Source: a virus | Length of the DNA: 64,000 nucleotides | Virus record (IMG/VR): IMGVR_UViG_3300009826_001423 | Span: 4,198 to 68,197 of that record | Reading direction: 5' to 3' (one strand) | Shown here: positions 58,536 through 64,000 of the stretch, piece after piece | Position numbering within the stretch: position 1 is the stretch's first letter | Layout: every line of letters begins with the position of its first letter | The notes under the pieces: generated by a model | What the model was told of the DNA's origin: nothing | Seen by the model: the letters and a program-made list of their open reading frames with translations, nothing else | Databases searched by the model: none | Program-made: the position numbers and the translations under genes

Positions 58536-58760
58536 TTATGCTTGGCTTGTAGCCATTGCTTTTTTATTAAGTACATTCTTTGCCGTTCCACCAGTTAGCC
58601 CTTCAACATAGGCAACAACGTGAGGAAATATAGTTCTTGCAATTCCGTCAATCTTTTCTTGCGGAACTGCATTTAAGCTAAATGGTGGTTCACACCCGCA
58701 AAAGCCCCTGTTGTCTGCGGGTTCATTACATATAGGGCAGATTTCATAATGCCATGCCAT
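58536..58760 (-). CDS. Small Cys-containing hypothetical protein
   Basis: MAWHYEICPICNE...FCGCE; RBS AGGAGG. Confidence 0.6.
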   Translation of the reverse strand: MAWHYEICPICNEPADNRGFCGCEPPFSLNAVPQEKIDGIARTIFPHVVAYVEGLTGGTAKNVLNKKAMATSQA

Positions 58761-58762
58761 GG

Positions 58763-58963
58763 TTATGCCTCCTTTTTCCTTAAAGAATCCATTGTTACCC
58801 CCAGCTTATCTGCCAAGCGACCGAGAACTTCCATGCTCGGTTGTTTTCGTCCAGCTTCATAGTGGTTTATCATTGACTGCGAAACGCCTACGGCATCACC
58901 AAGCTGGGTACCGGTTAAGCCAGCAGTTTCACGGAGAGACTTAAGTTTTAAACCGTTTAGCAT
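58763..58963 (-). CDS. Cro-like Xre HTH protein (copy 1)
   Basis: LKSLRETAGLTGTQLGDAVGVSQSMINHYEAGRKQPS. Confidence 0.9.
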   Translation of the reverse strand: MLNGLKLKSLRETAGLTGTQLGDAVGVSQSMINHYEAGRKQPSMEVLGRLADKLGVTMDSLRKKEA

Positions 58964-59044
58964 CAGACCACCTTCCTAAAGAAATTCTGTTTTTTTGCAA
59001 TAAAAAATTACATATGGGGTAGATTTTATAATGCCATGCAATGG

Positions 59045-59815
59045 TTATGCCTCATTTTGCTCATCAGATGAACTTGCGACATTTTCAACGGAACTATAAT
59101 CCTTCCCATCTATGAGAAAAATGCGAGCAAGCTTGTCAATTTCTAGGTACTTTCGACCTTCAATACTAATTTGCATATAGATGGTCTCGTACTCAACACT
59201 AGGCTTACCCTGTTCACCAACGCAGATTTTGCCAAGCACCACATTTTTGGGTATGCAGCGCATAACTATCTTCACGACTTCGGCTTGGAACTCGCCGCTT
59301 TCTTCATCGTAAAGCTGAACAGCACCGCGAAATTCAAAATGGTAAATTTGTGGGGCTGAAAAGAGTAAACACCTACCACCAACTAGCGAGTTCCAGTTTA
59401 TAGTAGTTATTAGCGGTTGTAGCATCCAATCCGCAATTGACACATCCATAAAGCCCCTTGAGGTGAGATATGCACTTGTTGCATAACTTAAATCAGGCAA
59501 CTCTATACGTTCGACACCTTTTACTTCATTGCCATCGTGGTAACAAATAAACCCAATAAATGCATCCGCATTAGAGCGTACCTCTATTGGCAATTTATCA
59601 AGCCAACGGTGGATAAATTTAAGAGTGCCGTTTTTCGTCTTGCATCTTCTGGGATTAGATTCTAGCCAACGCTTTATACTGTAGAGTTCGTCTATTACGC
59701 TAACATGTGGATGCAGTGCAATCAGTTTTCTTACATCTTCCTTGGTAATCAGAAGTTCACCGTCTCGTATTAACGGAAGGCGAATAACTTTATTCTGATT
59801 AGACACAGCAAGCAC
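59045..59815 (-). CDS. Fusion of a replication-initiator-like helical domain and a tail tube paralogue
   Basis: 50 of 88 ungapped identities (hand count) between the C-terminal block and the tube gene at 16856..17374. Confidence 0.75.
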   Translation of the reverse strand: MLAVSNQNKVIRLPLIRDGELLITKEDVRKLIALHPHVSVIDELYSIKRWLESNPRRCKTKNGTLKFIHRWLDKLPIEVRSNADAFIGFICYHDGNEVKGVERIELPDLSYATSAYLTSRGFMDVSIADWMLQPLITTINWNSLVGGRCLLFSAPQIYHFEFRGAVQLYDEESGEFQAEVVKIVMRCIPKNVVLGKICVGEQGKPSVEYETIYMQISIEGRKYLEIDKLARIFLIDGKDYSSVENVASSSDEQNEA

Positions 59816-59821
59816 TCCTTT

Positions 59822-60025
59822 CTATGCCTCCTTTTTTCTAACTAAATCATCCAGTGTTGTGTCGAAAAATTCCGCAATCCGCACAAGCACCTCAACACTT
59901 GGAGTTTTGAATTCCCTCTCCATGTTTGCAATCATTGATTGGTGCAAGCCTACGGCATCGCCAAGCTGAGTTGTAGTCATGCCAGCGGCTTCACGCAGGG
60001 CTTTCAGCCTTTTGCCGTTTACCAT
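59822..60025 (-). CDS. Cro-like Xre HTH protein (copy 2)
   Basis: About 40 of 66 residues identical to copy 1. Confidence 0.9.
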   Translation of the reverse strand: MVNGKRLKALREAAGMTTTQLGDAVGLHQSMIANMEREFKTPSVEVLVRIAEFFDTTLDDLVRKKEA

Positions 60026-60079
60026 CAGACGGACTCCTCTCGAATTCTGTATTTTTTCATCAAATTATTACCTTGGTAA

Positions 60080-60108
60080 TTGACACATTGCCCGCAAGAG
60101 GGGTATAA
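60080..60108 (+). promoter_or_regulatory. Perfect rightward sigma-A promoter
   Basis: TTGACA-17-TATAAT. Confidence 0.8.
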
Positions 60109-60189
60109 TTTCATTGTCCTGATGAAACTAAGCCCTTTGCAAAAGCAAGGGGGCGGCTTTTTGTTGCCGTTTTGTATTACCGTGGAAAT

Positions 60190-60235
60190 AGTATAGTCCG
60201 AATATCCGCACCTATCAATAGGCAGGTGCGATATT
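60190..60235 (-). promoter_or_regulatory. Leftward (lytic) promoter with overlapping inverted repeat (operator candidate)
   Basis: TTGATA-17-TATACT at 60190..60218; AATATCCGCACCT...AGGTGCGATATT inverted repeat. Confidence 0.7.
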
Positions 60236-60286
60236 TAGGACTTAAATCTGTTTTTGCAGTATAAGTGCGTCTAGGAAGGTGATTAT

Positions 60287-60937
60287 GTGTTTTTTGAACG
60301 ACTTGAAAAATTGTCTGCTGAACGAAGTACAACAGTCACAGCAGTTGTGCGTGACTTAGGTTATAGCAAGGGAAGTATGTCTCATTGGAAAAAAGGGAGT
60401 TGCCCCAGCGGTGATATTGTTGTGCGTTTTGCAGATTATTTTAGTGTTACAACTGACTACTTGTTGACAGGAAAAGAGTCTCTAGCTCGTCTCAATCAGA
60501 ACAAGGGAGATGAGAGCGTTGCAATGGACAAGGTTTTAGCCAGAGTGGCACTTCAAGCTGTCTTCCTATGTCCTGACGTTTATGAACCACATCACCTTGG
60601 GCCAGTTGACGCTAATTTGATTAGTGGGATTGCACCTTATATGGGCATGTGGGAAAAAGCTGTGCCTGTTATTTCAAAAAAATCTAAGGGGATTATTCCA
60701 GTTAATCGCATAGAAGGATTTCTTGAAATTGCTCATGCAAACACCAGCCTCCCCGATGACATGTACCCATCTCATCGTGAGTTTTTGGTTCTGCGTCAAA
60801 TGGCTATAAGGATGGATAGCAGGCAAAACAAAATAATGGATGATTTTCTTTTTCACTTGGATATTCAAAAAAGCGACGGCGATAAAATCGCCGCCGCCTT
60901 AAGGGAAATAGGTAAGGATGTAACTAACTTAGGCTGA
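60287..60937 (+). CDS. CI-like repressor (Xre HTH N-terminus)
   Basis: VVRDLGYSKGSMSHWKKG.CP...FADYFSVTTDYLL; divergent from cro. Confidence 0.85.
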   Translation: MFFERLEKLSAERSTTVTAVVRDLGYSKGSMSHWKKGSCPSGDIVVRFADYFSVTTDYLLTGKESLARLNQNKGDESVAMDKVLARVALQAVFLCPDVYEPHHLGPVDANLISGIAPYMGMWEKAVPVISKKSKGIIPVNRIEGFLEIAHANTSLPDDMYPSHREFLVLRQMAIRMDSRQNKIMDDFLFHLDIQKSDGDKIAAALREIGKDVTNLG

Positions 60938-61228
60938 CATAACCTTATCGTAGAATAGAGCCACTATTTCATGCTCCTCAAGGTGGGGATATCTTTGCCT
61001 AAGATTGCCTATGCGACTTTCCAACTTCACCAGCAAATGCACCTGATGAAGAATTGGTTGTGCCGCTTCAAAGCTACCATGATCAGCAAGAATTCTATCG
61101 GCCAACGGTTTATACGGGTCATTGCTTACTTGCTTTGGCAAGCCACTGACGGGGTTAAGGGTTATCGCCATATACAGTTCGTAAATAGCTTCAGGGGTTT
61201 CGTACCTTATATACTGTTTTGCGTTCAT
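60929..61228 (-). CDS. Hypothetical protein
   Basis: RBS GAGGAG; convergent with cI. Confidence 0.5.
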   Translation of the reverse strand: MNAKQYIRYETPEAIYELYMAITLNPVSGLPKQVSNDPYKPLADRILADHGSFEAAQPILHQVHLLVKLESRIGNLRQRYPHLEEHEIVALFYDKVMSA

Positions 61229-61457
61229 GATATCCGCTCCTCATTCTAATCATAAGTCGAGTTTTCGACTGGGTCAATGTACAGCCGCAAAAAAACGGGG
61301 TATCTAAGGTTTAGTGCCGAAAGGTAGCACCAACATTATCCAAGCTGGCTTGTCGGCTTTCAATATAAAACGGTTGTTTTTAACAACCATATGCAACAGC
61401 CTTCCATAAATCAGATATAGAGTTAATCCTCAATCATCTGTTTATGGAGGAATGCAC

Positions 61458-61658
61458 ATGGCATCAAAAGGCTTTACCATACGCATTGAAGAAGAAATGC
61501 TAAAGAGAATTAACTATGTCGCTGACTATGAGGGGCGTTCTGTCAACAGCCATGTTCTAGCATTGATTAGAACAGATATAGCTCGGTTTGTAGCGGAACA
61601 CGGAGAAATCAGCGGCACTATAAGGCCAGAAGAAAATATAAAGCCTGCTCGAAAATAA
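61458..61658 (+). CDS. Arc/ribbon-helix-helix DNA-binding protein
   Basis: FTIRIEEEMLKRI...EGRSVNS; RBS GGAGG. Confidence 0.8.
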   Translation: MASKGFTIRIEEEMLKRINYVADYEGRSVNSHVLALIRTDIARFVAEHGEISGTIRPEENIKPARK

Positions 61659-61931
61659 TAATGCCTTGGCGGGAATTGCGCTGTCAATAATGTAAAATAC
61701 TGGCATGTTCGGACGAGCCAATTTTAACAACCAGTAATTACCATATCAAGTTGACGTGATACGTTGTATCTATTTTCGATACATGGTATCAAAAATAGAT
61801 ACACGGGAGGGCTTAAGAATTGCTACTTGTGTAGTACCCCTCTGTAAGCAGTTATATCATTTTCTATGCCCATATTTGTTTCGATTCTTCATATGTAGCG
61901 TATACTATAAGCAAGAAAGAAGCTGCATATC

Positions 61932-62090
61932 ATGGATAAAGAATTGATCTTAAAAATGAAGGAATTAATCCGTGTTGCCAGACAGCAAAATAAAGTTTTA
62001 CCTGTGGCTACGGCATTCGAGACGTATCCCGTTGAGGATGAAGATCATAACGGAAAAATAGAATATTGGGAAAGTAAGAAAAGGAGATGA
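61932..62090 (+). CDS. Small hypothetical protein (52 aa)
   Basis: Own translation MDKELILKMKE...; stop adjacent to the next RBS. Confidence 0.35.
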   Translation: MDKELILKMKELIRVARQQNKVLPVATAFETYPVEDEDHNGKIEYWESKKRR

Positions 62091-62094
62091 TTTT

Positions 62095-62259
62095 ATGGCA
62101 ACGACAACATTTGAAAAAACTATTTACCTCGACCAAACCGCCGCAGAACGGTTAGCAGATATCCTTGAACAGCCTGCCCAACCACGCCCAAACCTTGGCG
62201 AAGATTTCTGGAAATATAACGAGAGGAAAGTAAAAGAATGGTTATCCCGACTGGGATAG
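62095..62259 (+). CDS. Small antitoxin-like protein, copy A (54 aa)
   Basis: RBS AAAGGAG; MATTTFEKTIYLDQTAAERLADILEQPAQPRP; paralogue of the next gene. Confidence 0.6.
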   Translation: MATTTFEKTIYLDQTAAERLADILEQPAQPRPNLGEDFWKYNERKVKEWLSRLG

Positions 62260-62319
62260 TATTATCTTCTGTTTCATTGTCTCTCGAATTGCGTATACTA
62301 ATAAAAAGGGGATGGTTTA

Positions 62320-62511
62320 ATGGCAACATCAACATTTTATGACAAGATTGTAATTGAAAAAGAAGCGGCTCAAATCCTTGTTGACGGTCTGAAAGGGCCG
62401 AAACATCCGCGCCCGGTTGTGCAAAAGGAATGTCCAGAACGGAGGGAAGCACTATTAAAACAATTTCTTACAAACTCGAAGAAATCGTTACAGACGCAGA
62501 CCGTCAATTAA
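62320..62511 (+). CDS. Small antitoxin-like protein, copy B
   Basis: 15 of 32 N-terminal residues identical to copy A; overlaps the GNAT gene. Confidence 0.6.
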   Translation: MATSTFYDKIVIEKEAAQILVDGLKGPKHPRPVVQKECPERREALLKQFLTNSKKSLQTQTVN

Positions 62512-63011
62512 TGTTCTGGGATGCTGCGAAACATTTCTCTTGCAGGGATAAGAACGTGGAGGGCTTTCTACAAGACAAAGCCCTTGAATTTGACAAGAGA
62601 AATGTTTCACGTACATATCTGTACGTTGACGAGGTTGCATTTGCTAGTGGTGCGATTGTAATAGCGGCTTATTATACAATTGCGCTTAAAACACTTTCAT
62701 TCACCCCCGCCGTGTCCAAAAGAATGATTAAGGATATTGACGGATTCTCAAAAGATGCTGAATCAGTAAGTGCCGTCCTAATCGGTCAACTTGGTAAGGA
62801 TGCTGTGCATGGTGCAGAGTTGCGTGGGTCAGATATTCTTTCATCTGCTGTAGATTCAGCTTATGAAATACGCTCCATTGCTGGATGCCGCATAGTTTTC
62901 CTTGAATGTGAATCCAACGAAAAGCTACTTGCATTCTACAAAGCTAATGGATTTGTCTATTTGCAAACCAACCCCAACTCTGGGCTAACACAAATGGTGC
63001 GATTTTTATAA
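62430..63011 (+). CDS. GNAT acetyltransferase (TacT/AtaT-like toxin candidate)
   Basis: CRDKNVEGFL, LIGQLGKD, GCRIVFLEC and LLAFYKANGF motifs. Confidence 0.8.
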   Translation: MSRTEGSTIKTISYKLEEIVTDADRQLMFWDAAKHFSCRDKNVEGFLQDKALEFDKRNVSRTYLYVDEVAFASGAIVIAAYYTIALKTLSFTPAVSKRMIKDIDGFSKDAESVSAVLIGQLGKDAVHGAELRGSDILSSAVDSAYEIRSIAGCRIVFLECESNEKLLAFYKANGFVYLQTNPNSGLTQMVRFL

Positions 63012-63047
63012 TTCTTGGCATATTTGATAACCAAAAGGGGGATATCA

Positions 63048-64000
63048 GTGGAAAAAGCAGTAATATATGCAAGGTACTCCCCTGGCCCCAACCAACGTGA
63101 GGAATCAATAGAGGGGCAGGTTCGGGAGTGTACCGAATTTGCAGAAAAGAAAGGCATTACGATAGTAGGTGTTTACGCAGACCGAGCCGTGAGCGGCAAA
63201 TCCGATAACCGTACAGAGTTCCAGCGTATGCTAAAGGACACAGACCAGAAGCTATTCGACAGCATAATAGTCTGGAAAATAGACCGATTTGGACGCAACC
63301 GGGAAGAAATAGCTGTAAATAAAATCCGTTGCCGTAAAAACGGTGTGCAAGTTCTTTACGCAAAGGAACATATACCCGAAGGCCCCGCAGGGATTCTCAT
63401 GGAATCTTTGCTTGAGGGATTAGCAGAATATTATTCGGCAGAACTGTCCGAGAAAATTTTGAGGGGATTGACTGATAATGCACTTAAAGGCAAAACTACC
63501 CATGGTAATCCCGGTATAGGATATAAAATAGACGAAGAGAAAAAAATCGCAATTAATGAATTAGAAGCCCCAATTGTAAGACTTGTCTTTTCCATGTTTG
63601 CCGAGGGTTCCAAATATGTAGAGATTGTAAATAAGCTGAATGAAATGGGATACAAAACCAAAACGGGTGGGGCATTCAACAAGAATAGCATTCAGCGGAT
63701 TTTGAAAAATGAAAGATACATCGGAAAATATACTTGGAATGGCATTGAAGTCGGAGTACCGGCCATCATCAGCCAAGATGTTTTCATAAGATGTCAAGAT
63801 AAAATGGCTAGAGTTAAGAATGTTTCGGGAAGGGGCAAGGCCACGGTGAATTATGTACTTACAGGGAAGCTGTTTTGCGGTCACTGCCAAGTCAACATGA
63901 ATGGTGAATCTGGCACAAGTAGACAGGGCAATTTATTTCACTATTACAAGTGTGCTACAAGGAAATTAAAAAAAGCCTGTAAAAAGGCTACGGTAAAAAA
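63048..64000 (+). CDS. Large serine recombinase (integrase), truncated by the window
   Basis: Own translation MEKAVIYARYS...DRFGRN...; recombinase domain; LTGKLFCGHC Zn ribbon. Confidence 0.93.
   Translation, partial: MEKAVIYARYSPGPNQREESIEGQVRECTEFAEKKGITIVGVYADRAVSGKSDNRTEFQRMLKDTDQKLFDSIIVWKIDRFGRNREEIAVNKIRCRKNGVQVLYAKEHIPEGPAGILMESLLEGLAEYYSAELSEKILRGLTDNALKGKTTHGNPGIGYKIDEEKKIAINELEAPIVRLVFSMFAEGSKYVEIVNKLNEMGYKTKTGGAFNKNSIQRILKNERYIGKYTWNGIEVGVPAIISQDVFIRCQDKMARVKNVSGRGKATVNYVLTGKLFCGHCQVNMNGESGTSRQGNLFHYYKCATRKLKKACKKATVK

Larger units (their letters stand above)
1..64000. mobile_element. Temperate prophage with lambda-like head and P2/Mu-like contractile tail; both ends outside the window
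   Basis: Continuous modular order: integrase, immunity, replication, packaging, head, tail, lysis. No host housekeeping genes seen. Confidence 0.95.

Noticed and set aside
5335-64000. A second DGR target (additional VR)
   Set aside because: No other TR-like copy was seen by eye; a BLASTN of TR against the full genome would settle it

Overview
The whole 64-kb window is one temperate, contractile-tailed prophage of a Firmicutes (Clostridia-like) host, and both ends lie outside the window. Almost all genes are on the - strand. Reading from the right end they are: a + strand cassette (CI-like repressor, GNAT toxin-antitoxin genes, large serine integrase, truncated); two Cro-like genes; early, recombination and replication genes (SMC-like ATPase, UvrD helicase, DnaD-type initiator with internal iterons, DnaC-like loader, ParB); three DNA methyltransferases; a TubR/TubZ partition module with 20-bp repeats; an ArpU-like late activator; lambda-like packaging and head genes; a P2/Mu-like contractile tail containing a hicAB moron; a diversity-generating retroelement (DGR); and lysis genes. 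The DGR is complete: target gene with VR, GRNA hairpin, avd, TR and RT, with 13 of 13 TR/VR mismatches at TR adenines. The less familiar observations are: (1) an early-region gene fusing a replication-initiator-like domain to a paralogue of the phage's own tail tube, placed inside a tandem cro duplication; (2) an extra ORF coupled to the DGR RT, plus shared operator-like palindromes upstream of avd and of the adjacent HTH gene, suggesting a regulated DGR; (3) four antisense promoter-plus-terminator units in spacers of the early operon; (4) a tubulin-based partition system in a phage that also encodes an integrase. All family assignments come from motif recognition by eye; no database search was run.
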